NCBI GenBank assembly: GCA_022813865.1
Contig: JALDZX010000002.1
Location: 372,001-436,000, forward strand
DNA: 64,000 nt
Direction: 5' to 3'
DNA from: Xylographa opegraphella
Lineage: Eukaryota
Shown here: piece by piece, positions 12,314 to 24,230 of the stretch
Layout: each line of letters starts with the position of its first letter
Numbering within the stretch: the first letter of the stretch is position 1
Notes under the pieces: generated by a model
Databases searched by the model: none
Told to the model about the DNA's origin: nothing
What the model saw: only the letters and a program-made list of their open reading frames with translations
Program-made: the position numbers and the translations under genes

Positions 12314-13396
12314 TGAAAATGTCAGCGTAGGCGTTCAGTTCTCCTTGTAGCGGCAGAATCGTTGTATAAAGTGGTCTGTGAAGCTTCCTGATATCCAGTG
12401 GAGGAAGGGAAAGTCTGTCGGAGAATAATGAGAGAGATTGAATCTTGCTTTTATGGACTCCATAATAGCGATTGTTCTCCACTTCAGACTGAGAGGATTG
12501 CGGATTAAACAATGGACAATGGATAATGGGACAAGGAAATAATCGGACAATTTTGACACTCTGACAGGTACACAAGCTGGACAGAGGAGGTGAGAGGTGA
12601 CAAAGAAAACAAAGAGATATTTACATAAGCGGATTGATGGATGGCTGTGATATGTAGTAATCCAACCAGGCGTAGGTGAGGAATCAAATGTGTAGTAAAT
12701 TCCCGAACGATCACACAGGGTCTTGAATGACCTTGCGGGGTTGCATCCGCGGTAAAATAAGGAGTTTGCAGAAACCACGGCTGGCCTGTGACTGGGCAGA
12801 ACTGCAACGAAAACTTCTGCAGCATCAACAGAGAGCTAAGGAATACCGCATGCTGCTCTATGCCAAAGAAACATCATGTCTTTTAGATGCAAACAATCAC
12901 TTTAGGTAGCTGCCGGCATTTCTCTAGGTATCAACCTCTTCAAGCTCTGAAATGAGACGTAATCCGATAATTATACTTCTAAGTACCAGTAGTCTTGGAA
13001 TATTGTGTATCAGTGGGCAGACAAAGATGAACGTCGACCATAAAGGCAACCAATAAAAGTGTTCGAGTCAGCAGAACACCTAAGTAGCTTGCAAATAATA
13101 CATTATAAACTCTTGCTTATCCTAATCGAACAGAGGGGCTGCCCAATATTCGAAAGTAGTATAGAATGCTAATGGCTCTGTCAAACATCAACTTTCTGAG
13201 AGCACTGCTAGGTCATAAATGACCTACCATCCAGGATATAGACAGTTTGACCTCTGGAAGGGCTTTGCCCTTATCGACGATATCCTGTGAGGATTTTATA
13301 AATCGTTATCGTATTGCTCGGCCGGTATATCCCGTGCCTGCTTATTGCACATCCGTGTTTGATTGATGCGGAAACCGAAGACAAACCTCAATACAC

Positions 13397-14376
13397 TCAA
13401 CTGGACCTCTTTTCTTGATTCCTAGGCGAATTGATATGGATTCGTATAGTTGCAATCATCTTCGTGAACCAGAAGGCGCTGAGCGACATGACAACCGCAT
13501 TGCTGATCATAAAGGTAGAGGCAAGCCACCAAGGCGCCTGATGTTCAAGAGTGAGAGGCTTCTCCGACAACGAGTATTGATACTGTGTCCAACTGGGTTG
13601 TGGTGCATGCAATGCCGTCCACACGTCACGGAAAAAGACAAGGGTGAGATAGGAGCCCCAAATAAGCCGGCAGCAGGCGAAGGTCAGAATGAGAAGCACG
13701 CCATTGACGATCTGAAAGGTCGACCCTGCTTTATTCATCTTGTTGAGGAACCAGTGGATGTTGACCAGCGGTGTAGATAGCTCTACCAATGCGTACTGTA
13801 TGCCATAGTATAAGCCGAATGGATACTGTTGCGGAATCAGCTTGCGGGCTCAGCACGATATACAAGATGCCGAGGTGACGCGTAGGAAAGCCGACATACA
13901 AACCCTAATGTGGCGATGCTTAAGGCAACGACAGCATGCAGCAGATCCGTCACTCCTAGAGTCTCGAGATTCGAAAGACACACTTGAACGTCCCACACGA
14001 AATATCCCGCACCTGATGCCTGTACCATCCCCCCTAATCCTGTATATCCCCACATCCTCTCTTCCCATGTCTCATTCAGGCGATCTTGATCCACATAAAG
14101 GACGTATAGTGCAGCCATTGACACAAAAGTCGAGTTCACGAATGACGTGATATGTATATTCCATTGCAGCTTTGTGCGTAAGGGGAACTTGCCGTAAGTC
14201 TCAGGGAGCAGGTAGGCGGAGATACGTGGCGCGACGACGGTATTGAGCAGTGTGTAGAAACCGTAGCTAATTATGACTTCGTGGACATGGAGAGGAAGGG
14301 TGTGTAAGTGGAGGAAATTGGTAAAGGGTTTGATTGCGTCACGGAGGAAGGGTGGGACTTGCAAAGGGTCAAGCAT
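13397..14376 (-). CDS. TLC (TRAM/LAG1/CLN8) domain membrane protein, TMEM56-like (2 exons)
   Basis: Exons 14376-13900 and 13825-13397 (GTATGT..CAG). Motifs: LHTLPLHVHEV, WNIHITSFVNS, ERMWGYTG, GYFVWD, ELSTPLVNIHWFL, FACCRLIWG. Confidence 0.88.
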
Positions 14377-14915
14377 CGAGTCTTCGGCAGAGTTAAGGCG
14401 GAGATGACGATTGTGACAGGGTGTATGTCCTTCGTGCTGTAATGAAAAGCCCAAGTCTATAGGTTGATGGACGTGAAAGTGTCTGGTGGGACATAAAAAG
14501 TGTGAATCCGGAGAGCTCGAGCATCATCTGTAGAATATCCAAAGGCCACACTGAGTTTTCCAGCACAAGTTATGGGATGCCTAGAAATTCAATGGTGATC
14601 TCCAAACACTATATGGCGGGGACCGAATCGATTGGCCTTGATATCCCAGCGGGCATCAATACGGATAATTGGACGTGCTGAGATAATGCTCCCAATGCTA
14701 CTGAAGACTGCCAAAGGATTTTAGAGAGCGGGCCCCATAGGACCCACCTACCACGGCTAAAACGCTGTTGCAAATCAGGACAACCACTTTAAATTTTGAC
14801 ACTCCCGCTCCCTCCATGGGTTTTACAGACTTAATATCTTTGTCGATATCACTGAAACATTTGTCAAACCATTGTATACTCGATCTATCATATCTATGTG
14901 CAGTTCTATAGTTAC

Positions 14916-16166
14916 TCAGAAATGAGGTATGAATGAGGACCACTGAACCGTTTCGAACGCTACCGCCGGTAATGAGCGTAAGCCCACAAATGGCTCGATA
15001 AGGATATAGAGCCGTATAGTCACATAAACCAGACATATAACAGTGTACAACAACATTCTTATAGGCGTTACAGCCAGCTTTTCGTCAATTGAGAGTTTCT
15101 TTTGCCTCTCGTGAAGCTCTACCCCTGCATCAACGGCCCAAAATGCCACGACCAAGGAGAACAACATGACCGTGCAGATCCGCCAGACTGTCTGCTCTGA
15201 TTTTGTTGGGAAACTGATGTTCCATCCTGCGACATAGACAGCGCCGAAGATAAGGGACAAGGTCATGAGAAAGTGGCCGAGAAGCCAGTCTCTTTCAAGA
15301 GGTGGAAAGCGATCGTTGCGGAAACGGATTTTCTGGGCCGGCTGGGAGAGCTCAGAACTGTTAATACAAGGGAGATACTGTCCAACGTCCACCAGAAAAT
15401 TAGGCCTAAGGTCGTCGAATCTCTCCAACGGAGACCATTTCCAATTGATTGCTTCTGATGTGGGATCTAGAACTTCAGGCCCAGCCATTGCCAATAAGCC
15501 CTCAAGCGTTCGATCAATCTTAACAACAATTGGAACGAAAACATCTTTCGGCTTGGCCCACCACATAATGTTCGTACCTATGGTGCAAACAACAAAGGCT
15601 ATAGTGCTGAGCTCTAGCGTCGTTATACTGATATGCTGTAGCAGGCGCGCCAGGCACTGAAGGATGAACCAACCCGTCTGTACGATTGTGAACAGTTTTG
15701 CGATTCCATCTGCTTTACTTCTGTCCTCAATCAGAGCCGGAGTGAAGCTCTCGGGCTTTACAAGGCCGAGTTTAATCAGAACAAATAGATGCTTCGAGGT
15801 GACGGGGAATTCATCGTCCTCGAGCTTGATCCTGACACCCCCCATGTCCGCAAAGAAGGACTGCCGCATCGTCCATTCGATACCGCCATCCTGGAATTGT
15901 TTTTTCGCCCGTCTTGCGATGGACCACTGTGCGCCCGCCATGGCGAGGAGCCATTCGGGACCGAGGAGAGCAATGACCGCCCATCGCATCTTTGTGCGAG
16001 TGAAAGCCCACAGCGTAGTGTCCGGGCTTGGTACGTTGAGCGTCAGTACCGTCCAGACGCAGAGGAAAATCGTGAGTATGCATCCCCAAATTATGTCAAT
16101 GGTGCCTCTACCATTGGGAGAATCAACCCAGCCTAGCCGCACATCAGTGCTGTTGCTCGTAGACAT
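14916..16166 (-). CDS. multi-pass membrane protein of a widespread uncharacterised fungal family
   Basis: Single exon from the ATG at 16166. Motifs: GWVDSPNGRGTIDIIWGC, SFFADMGG, IEDRSKADGIAK, LELSTIAF, WWAKPKDV, AGWNISFPT, FVGLRSLP. Confidence 0.85.
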   Translation of the reverse strand: MSTSNSTDVRLGWVDSPNGRGTIDIIWGCILTIFLCVWTVLTLNVPSPDTTLWAFTRTKMRWAVIALLGPEWLLAMAGAQWSIARRAKKQFQDGGIEWTMRQSFFADMGGVRIKLEDDEFPVTSKHLFVLIKLGLVKPESFTPALIEDRSKADGIAKLFTIVQTGWFILQCLARLLQHISITTLELSTIAFVVCTIGTNIMWWAKPKDVFVPIVVKIDRTLEGLLAMAGPEVLDPTSEAINWKWSPLERFDDLRPNFLVDVGQYLPCINSSELSQPAQKIRFRNDRFPPLERDWLLGHFLMTLSLIFGAVYVAGWNISFPTKSEQTVWRICTVMLFSLVVAFWAVDAGVELHERQKKLSIDEKLAVTPIRMLLYTVICLVYVTIRLYILIEPFVGLRSLPAVAFETVQWSSFIPHF

Positions 16167-17221
16167 TAAATTCGTCGAAGAACGACGAGTCTCGAAAGCT
16201 GAAAGATTCGATTCACAAACTCGATACGCTGTGCAGATGTGTAGTTGAGCGGAGACAACACAATTCACACTAAAAAGAGACAGAGAGAGTAACAAGTCAG
16301 GCGTAAGATTTGCTAGCAACAAGGACTTCAGAGCAAGGCGGACGGTGATGTTCTTGTCGAATCTCTCCTTGTGACGGGCTCATTAAGACCTCGATGATAA
16401 GATAATGAGGTGGCATCTCCGTGCGAAGGACTTTCTCAAGCTGAATGAGCCGATCATATGTAACAGCCACTCGATATTCGCATTTAGCGCCAGTTCGACC
16501 GCATTCAGCGTAAGAATATGGGTTGCCCAGACTCGCCAGATTACCTAGATCGGCAGTGTCGCTTGATTGGTCAGAAACTGCGGCTCTGGGAATCGAGGCA
16601 TCGTCGCCACATGTGTCTAGGCCACTCAGCCTTGACTCCGGGGCACCCTTCAAGCAAGATCTGCAGAATGGGTGTGGTGAACGTTCCAAAATTCGGGAAC
16701 GACTTGTACACTTCGCGTGTATCCTGAACCTATCTGGACTTTGGATGTACTGATACCCTGATGCCCGCCTAATAAGTTCTCATTCATGTTGGCTCGTGCC
16801 ATTGCGTCGTGCGTTCACAGCCGTGCACTAGCACGAAGCTATGCTGACCTGCGGTGGTTTTACCACAATGCCCGTACAGTGTCCGAGCTTTAGGATTTCA
16901 TCGCTCGTAGAGTAAGTTAATTTTGTGGCATATACCGACTCCCTGCATCCAATTAATGACTGCTCGAATACGGAGCCGGTTCATTTACAGGAGCTAAAGA
17001 TGTAAAGTGCAGAGTGGCTGGAGTTAGCCAGCCCCAGCAGTTACAGTGCGGCGTGTTCATATCCGAAGCACAAAACGCTATTTACACGTTCCGGAAAAAC
17101 TAAGGTACGTATGGAACAACGATCTCAAACTCTGGCAGCGGCGCGATCACTAGGTCATCCTCAAACATCTCTGAGAAGCAGCATCGTCTTCACAGGAATA
17201 ACTTTCCTGTCTCCGAGACCG

Positions 17222-18400
17222 ATGGCTAGGCAACGGCGTGGATCAAATGCCTCAAACACCTCTTCTATGCCGACAGGAGACCAGGTCTGTGACTTCGTCG
17301 AGTATGGATCACGCAAGAGGACAAACGCTGACAGCGACGTCGATTATTGCTAGGAGCTCGGGAGCATGTACGATTACCTGGCGAAAATCATATTGCTGGG
17401 GCCAAGTGGAAGCGGCAAGTCCGTTGCTTCGACAGGCTATGGACTGTTTTAGGGCTTATGGTTCCTAGATCTTGCCTTCTCCATCGATTCGTAAAAAACG
17501 AGTGTGAGTTCATCGTGGCTAGGAAGGATCAAGCTTGAGACTGAACTGGGAGTAGGGCGAATCCTGACTTCGCAAACCATTGGGGTTGAGTTCGCGTCAA
17601 AGATCATCAAGGTTGGAACTGGGTCACGACGGCAGAGGATAAAACTGCAGTTGTGGGATACAGCAGGGACTGAGCGCTTCCGATCCGTCTCAAGATCTTA
17701 TTATCGAGGCGCTGCAGGAGCCATCCTTGTTTACGACATCGCATCTCATGCCTCATTCACCGCCCTACCTACCTTCCTCAACGATGCACGCGCTCTGGCG
17801 TCGCCAAACCTCACCGTTCTTCTGGCCGGTAACAAGCTAGACGTATCATCGGGTTCGCCAGGCACCGGAAACTTTCCAAGTCATTCTCCAGAACCACCGC
17901 CTAATAGGTTCAGTAAACAGGGAAATAACACTCACGGAAGAAGTGGCTCAATAAGCTCGTCTCCTGGTTATGGTCTGGGAGCAAGGTTAGCCGCAACCAA
18001 TGCGCCAGACGGGCGCGAAGTCAGCTCGGCGGAAGCTTCACGCTGGGCATCATCAATATCTGTGCCAGTTGCAGTTGAAGTCAGCGCCTACAATGGCGAG
18101 GGTGTCGATGAACTATTTTCGAGACTTGCGAGAATGATCCTGACCAAAATTGAGCTAGGCGAGATCGATCCTGACGATCCGCAGAGTGGAATTCAGTATG
18201 GAGATAGCGCTGCATGGGGCATGGAAGATGGCAGCAGTGTAAGAAGTGGGACTACTACTACGGAAGAGGGAGGCTTGGCAAGAAGGCGAAGGAAGCGTAG
18301 AGGAACAGCAGGCACAGGTGGCTGGACAGGCATGCGGGAGTGGGAAGCAGTGTTCCGCCTTGACGCGGTGGGAAGAAGGCGGAGAGGTGGATGCTGCTAA
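17222..18400 (+). CDS. Rab family small GTPase, Rab4/Ypt4-type (4 exons)
   Basis: Exons 17222-17284, 17354-17418, 17469-17503 and 17556-18400. It has the GPSGSGKS P-loop, TIGVEF, WDTAGTERFRSVSRSYYRGA, GNKLD, EVSA and a C-terminal GGCC prenylation motif. Confidence 0.9.
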
Positions 18401-19248
18401 TAGTGTAGTTCACATGGGAATCTGAGGCCCAATCTGTCGAAACAATCATGGCCCGTCAATTCCATGGACATCCACAACGCCACTATCGAAGCATTTCTCG
18501 TTTTGTGGTTCCATGTTCCTTTCCATGGCCAGGGGCGTATCATTGCCACGAAGGAGATAGAGCAAGGAGTTCAGGCTGTCTGTGTCAGGAAGACTTGGAT
18601 TTGAGGGAGTCAACACAGCCTCTAAGCTTTGTGCCTTTCTTCCACAATAACGTAGAAAGCCTGCAAGCATGCTTGGCCAGTTCGGCTCGCTGCCAAATGG
18701 CTGGGCGGAGTAGGTCAAGAACGCCGTAGGTGCAATAATAGCGAGCTCGTTCAGGAGAAGATCAGGCCTTGCGGACAATGTGAATGCTGAGACTACCCCA
18801 GAGTACCGAGATTCGAATCCGTACGTCTAGATGCCCAGCAGCTCCGGTTCCTGGCCCATGTGGCGCTGCACATTTTCTGACGAACCTCCGACAAGCGGAC
18901 CCACCAAATCGGCACGGAGACCCAGGTCCGTACAGCCGAAACGACTTAATTCTCCCGGTCGCTCCCCACCACAGCGCATTTCTCAGCGACGAAAAAGACG
19001 TGGCCCCTTCGATCATACCCGTAGAAAGATGACAGTCTCTCCTAGCTCCTCCAGTGGTTTGGGCCCCGCTCTGCTCCTGCTCTGTACCCCACATTACTGG
19101 AGGGGCAAAGTCTCGTGAGTGCCAGACCATGTCTGGAACAATCAATATTAGACCTCGGGAACCGCACTGCCATTGAATGGAAATCAAAGGCTCTGCTTGC
19201 GCATTGACGACTCAGAAACCAGTGCGAATAGTTGCAGGCTCGACCACC

Positions 19249-21914
19249 ATGTCTCTCCGAAGTGTAACGCCCATCAACAAGGGATGGACGTTCAAGCAGG
19301 TTGACGATGAATCCTCGAAATTTCTGCCCGTGGCCCAGTTCCCCACCAATGTTCACCTGGATCTTATGCATCACAACTTAATCCCTGATCCGTTTGTTGG
19401 TAAGAATGAGAACCTCGTACAATGGGTTGGCGAAAGGGATTGGGTGTACAAGACCTCCTTTTCATCTGCGGATGCTCCCAAAGTTGGCAAATCCGTGATC
19501 GCTTTCGATGGACTCGACACCTATGCCACAGTGGTACTCAATGGCAAGGAGATCTTGAAAACGGAGGACATGTTCATTCCGGAGCGGGTGGATGTGACTG
19601 ATGTCTTGAAGCACGGCTCTGAAAACGAGCTCGAGATAACCTTCCACAGCACATGGATGGTAGGAAAGAAGCTCGTAGAGAAGTACTCGGATCACAATTG
19701 GGGCTGCTGGAATGGCGACGTCAGTCGGCTCGCTGTCCGAAAAGCGCAATACCACTACGTATGTAAATCGGGCTCCGTATAAATTTGGATTGCATGGCTA
19801 ACCCTTATGCCAGGGATGGGATTGGGGCCCAATGTTAATGACATGTGGTCCATGGAGACCAATCAATCTTGAAACGTACTCTTCCCGTCTTTCAGATCTT
19901 TACTTCACTACTACTGTGGACAAGTCGCTCAAGTCGGCAAAAGTAGTAGCCAACGCAGAAGTGGAAGGCGAGGCCGCCGAGGTCAAGTTTGAGCTATCGT
20001 TGAACGGTAAGACCATCGCCAGCGAAAGCGCCCAGGCGCAAAAGGGAACAGCGACGGTGACTTTCACTGTCGAGCAACCCGAGCTCTGGTACCCTCACAC
20101 ATATGGCAAGCAACCTCTCTACCAGCTATCCGCTACAGTATCATCGGGCGATACCAAGCTCGACACTATGAGCAAAAAACTTGGCATTCGTAAGGCGGAA
20201 CTTGTCCAGAGGAAGCTGGAAGATCAACCCGGAACGAGCTTCCACTTCGAAATCAATGACATTCCAGTTTTCTGTGGTGGAAGTGATTGGATTCCGGCGG
20301 ACAACTTTATACCTAGAATCTCATCTCAAAAGTATCGTGACTGGGTTAAATTGGTCCAGGAGGGGAACCAAGTTATGATTCGTGTCTGGGGAGGAGGTAT
20401 CTTCGAGGAGGCTGCTTTCTATGATGCCTGTGATGAAATGGGCATACTAGTTTGGCAGGACTTCATGTTCGGATGCGGCAATTATCCTACAAATGCAGAC
20501 TTCTTAGCATTGGTAAAGCGCGAAGCCACCGAAAACGTCAAGATATTACGGCATCACCCTTCTATCGTCATTTGGGCTGGGAATAATGAAGATTACCAGT
20601 ATCAAGAAAGCGAGAATCTCGACTATGATCCCCAAAACAAAGACGCAGAGAGCTGGCTAAAGTCGACCTTTCCTGCAAGATATATCTACGAGAAGATTCT
20701 ACCCGATGTTACGAAAGCCCTTTGCGCTGACACATTCTACCACCCCGGTTCGCCATTCGGTGGCAAGGATACAAGGGATCCTACTGTTGGAGATATCCAC
20801 CAATGGAATGGTAGGTCCAGTCCTTTTCAGGTCACGTAGCATATTGCTGATTGTGATACCAGTTTGGCACGGCACCCAAGAGAAGTATCAAAATTTTGAT
20901 AAGATCGGCGGACGTTTCGTGTCCGAGTTTGGTATGGAGGGCTTCCCAAGTATCAAGACCATCGATGCCTACTTGCCAGAGGGCAAGAAAGATGCAGATA
21001 GATACCCGCAATCATCAACTGTCGACTTCCACAACAAGGCCGACGGCCACGAGCGGAGAATTGCACTGTATCTAGTGGAGAACATGCAATACAAGTTCGA
21101 CCCATTCGAGCAATTCATCTACAGCACACAGCTCATGCAAGCTGAATGCTTGGCCAGTGCATACCGTCTCTGGAAGCGAGAGTGGAAGGGACCAGGTCGA
21201 GAATACTGCGCTGGAGCCTTGGTCTGGCAAATCAACGACTGCTGGCCGGTCACATCATGGGCCATTGTTGATTTCTATCTTCGTCCTAAGGCCGCCTACT
21301 ACACTGTCAAGCGGGAGCTTGCTCCAATCACCATCGGGCTGAAGCGTACCGTCACGAGCACGCCAGCCAACAAATATACACGTGTGGACGTCAAGACTGT
21401 TCACAAAATCGAGATGTGGGCGTCGAATCTGTCATTAGAGAAGCGAACGATGGGCGTACAGCTCAAGGCTTGGGATCTCGTGACAGGCAAAGAAAAGTAC
21501 TCGAAGTCTCTCCATGATGGTTTCGTGTTGGAGCCCAACCGGAGCGTGGAGATCACCGAGTTCGAAGTGCCGGTGGACAAGCAAAATGTGGAGGAAGAGC
21601 AACGAACGGTCGTTGCCGCCTACTTGACCGAGAATGGCAAGCAGGTGGCCCGCTATATCAACTGGCCAGAACCGCTGAAGTACACCCACCTCCAGAAGCC
21701 GAAGGACTTGAAAGTGAAACTTTCGGCTTCGGGTGATGCCCTTGAGATAACGGCGGAAGTACCGGTTAAGGGAGTAGCTCTTGAGGCCGCAGACGATGGA
21801 GTCGTGTTTTCGGACAATTGTGTGGATATTGTGCCGGGCGAGACCGTCTACATAGGTGTGAAGGGTTTGAAAAGTGGCGAGGAAGACAAGCTGGATGTAC
21901 GATATCTTAACTAA
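19249..21914 (+). CDS. mndB: beta-mannosidase, glycoside hydrolase family 2, intracellular MndB-type (3 exons)
   Basis: Exons 19249-19758, 19814-20810 and 20863-21914. Motifs: FDGLDTYA, RKAQYHYGWDWGP, MIRVWGGG, WAGNNE (acid/base Glu), FVSEFG (nucleophile Glu), WQINDCWP. No signal peptide. Confidence 0.9.
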
Positions 21915-22088
21915 GTGTAACACTGGTAGCAGGTATAGTGTATAGAAAATAAGCTTCGTTGCCTAGACAGTGAACCCTTTAGGATGTAAGGCGGGACTGA
22001 TTGTGATACAAAGTTCCAGATACCTTAGGCCTGTTGACCAATCGGCGCGAAGCCCGAGCAATCGAAATCTGTCAAGGCCATTCCCCCC

Positions 22089-23381
22089 TTAGTCCTTCAC
22101 GCCCTGAATCAGGGTCTTGATCCCCTCCCCACCCCTCACCGTTTCGAAGGCCTTCTCCGCGTCCCCAAACTCAACCTTCCCCGTCACTAACCCCTTCACG
22201 TCGATCTTTCCCCCTGCCACCAACTCCACCGCCAGTTTGTAATCTCCACTCCCGTACCGGAAGCTCCCCTTCACCGTCACCTCCTTGACGCACACCTTCA
22301 GAATCGGGAACGGGATCTCCGGACGGCCCATGCCGCCTTGCACGTACGTGCCTCCCGTCCGCAACACCTCTATGCCCGTTGCCACGCTCGGCGCCGCCCC
22401 GGACGCGTCGATCACCACGTCGGCGCCCTCGCCGAGCGAGTTCTCGGAGATGAGCCGGGCGGCGTTCTCTTCCGCGCTGGCGTCCTTGCCCGGCATGAAG
22501 GTGCTCGTCTTGGCGCCCTTGACCCAGTTCTGGGCGAAGGCGAGCCGCTTCTCCTGGATGTCCACGACGACCACGCGCTCCGCCCCGAAAGCGGCGCTCA
22601 CGCCTGCGCACAGCAGGCCCACCGGGCCGGCCCCGAACACGACCACGTTGTTCCCCGGCTTGATCGCCGCTTGCCGCACGATGTGCACGGCCACAGCTGT
22701 CGGCTCCACCAGCGCGCCCTCTTCGAGCGTCACGTGCTCGGGGAGTTTGTAGCAGAAGTCCGCGGGCAGGGTGTAGTACTTGGCGAGGGTGCCGTCGTAC
22801 GGTGGGGTGGACGCGAACGCCATGTGCGGGCACAGATTGTAAGTTCCCGATTTGCAACGCGGGCACCGGCGGCAGGGCACGCCTGGCTCGAGGGCGACGC
22901 GGTCGCCAGGAGAGAGGGATGTTACAGACGAGCCAACGCTATGGATGGTTCCGGAGGACTCGTGCCCGAGGACCATGGGGGCGGTGAGGACGAAAGCGCC
23001 GATGCGGCCTTCCGTGTAGTAGTGGACCTGTCAATGGGAAGAATCAGTATCGAAGAGCAGGATGCTGGGGAGGAGAGAGGAAGGCCATACATCACTGCCA
23101 CAGATGCCGGTCCAGTCAATCTGGACGAGGACGTCGTGAGGGGACTCGAGTTTTGGGACCGGGCGGTCTTCGTACTTGACTTTGAAGGGGGCTTCGAGGA
23201 CGAAGGAGAGGTTCTGAGACTTTGAGAGAACTGGTGTCAGTCTTGGAAGCAACGCTGAGGTATGGTGTCTGGAAAAGAATTGGTCTTTTGTCACGTAGCT
23301 GAGCCTCACCTTCTCATTGGCTTTCCCACTCGCCATTGCTGTTTCCGTGCTGGTCCCGCTGTGTACGCTGTCGAACGCCAT
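22089..23381 (-). CDS. xdhA: xylitol/sorbitol dehydrogenase (D-xylulose reductase), zinc MDR family (3 exons)
   Basis: Exons 23381(or 23336)-23310, 23213-23091 and 23027-22089. Motifs: GICGSDVHY, GHES, structural Zn CRRCPRCKSGTYNLC, Rossmann GAGPVG, GSFRY. Confidence 0.88.
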
Positions 23382-24230
23382 ATTGATCACGGGTAGTCGG
23401 ATTTCTCCAATTGGTTGCAAAGCTAGAAAATTGCTGCTCACAATCGAAACTGCTGGGCATGATGTTTTTCCACATCACTGATACCTGTTCCGTCATGGCG
23501 GCAGTACTTTTGGCGGGGCCCATAAACCCCCACTGTGTATCCTTGAAGCCGGCCTAGATGCGACCGCGTAGAAGACCTTGGCAAGGAGCTTAATTGCTCC
23601 ATTTACCCGACCAATCATGTATCACGCTGAGGTACTTCAATTCCTGAGACTTCGTAGACAGGAGGATGAGTGCCAAGGTCCTAGTTACCGTTGGGTCAAA
23701 AAGAGCAGCAGGCAGTTAGCTTTTAATTCCCTATCGGATGCATTTATTCATTAGTGTGTTATATATTCAATTAAGTGGACGCGCTTGCTGAAACGGCGCT
23801 CTTGAGGATCATGAACTGTTTGGACTTCAACGGCATGCACCATGCCAGTCGTACATCACCATACATAGTTGTTGTGTCCAGACTAATACGAAGTTCCTGG
23901 GAAAATATTATCAGCAAAACAGAAAGCATTGTAGATCGTATGTCTCTCTCAGAATAATTCTATCCATTGGGGACTGAATACAGTACAGAGAGTGATCCTG
24001 CTTAAGTTCACAATCTCAAACAGCATCGAGTGGCAGAGACTCGAAGGTGACGCAAGTTTAATATCATGAATTCACCGCTGAGTTAAAGCTACTGTGGCAG
24101 ATATGCTGGTCGGTCGTAACTGTAAAAGAGTGACACATGTAAACCGACAAAAGCCCCGGTACCGCATGAAGCAAACCTTCGTCGTTCACGAAGTGGATAG
24201 TACCTATGTTCCAGCATCCCACCGTTGGAA

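Noticed and set aside
12291..12828. ORFs upstream of 11966-12313 as a frameshifted longer gene
   Set aside because: There are no recognisable motifs or clear splice signals, so joining them is speculative.
18446..19187. Several 90-140-aa ORFs between Rab4 and the mannosidase
   Set aside because: They mostly have non-ATG starts and non-protein-like composition; the interval is consistent with a 3' UTR plus promoter.
22171..23225. Long overlapping and antisense ORFs over xdhA (231 aa, 295 aa)
   Set aside because: These are by-products of extreme GC3 in the real gene and have no protein-like features.
19249..23381. Mannosidase plus xylitol dehydrogenase as a sugar-utilisation cluster
   Set aside because: The genes are convergent, act on different substrates, and have no transporter or regulator nearby, so the adjacency is probably incidental.
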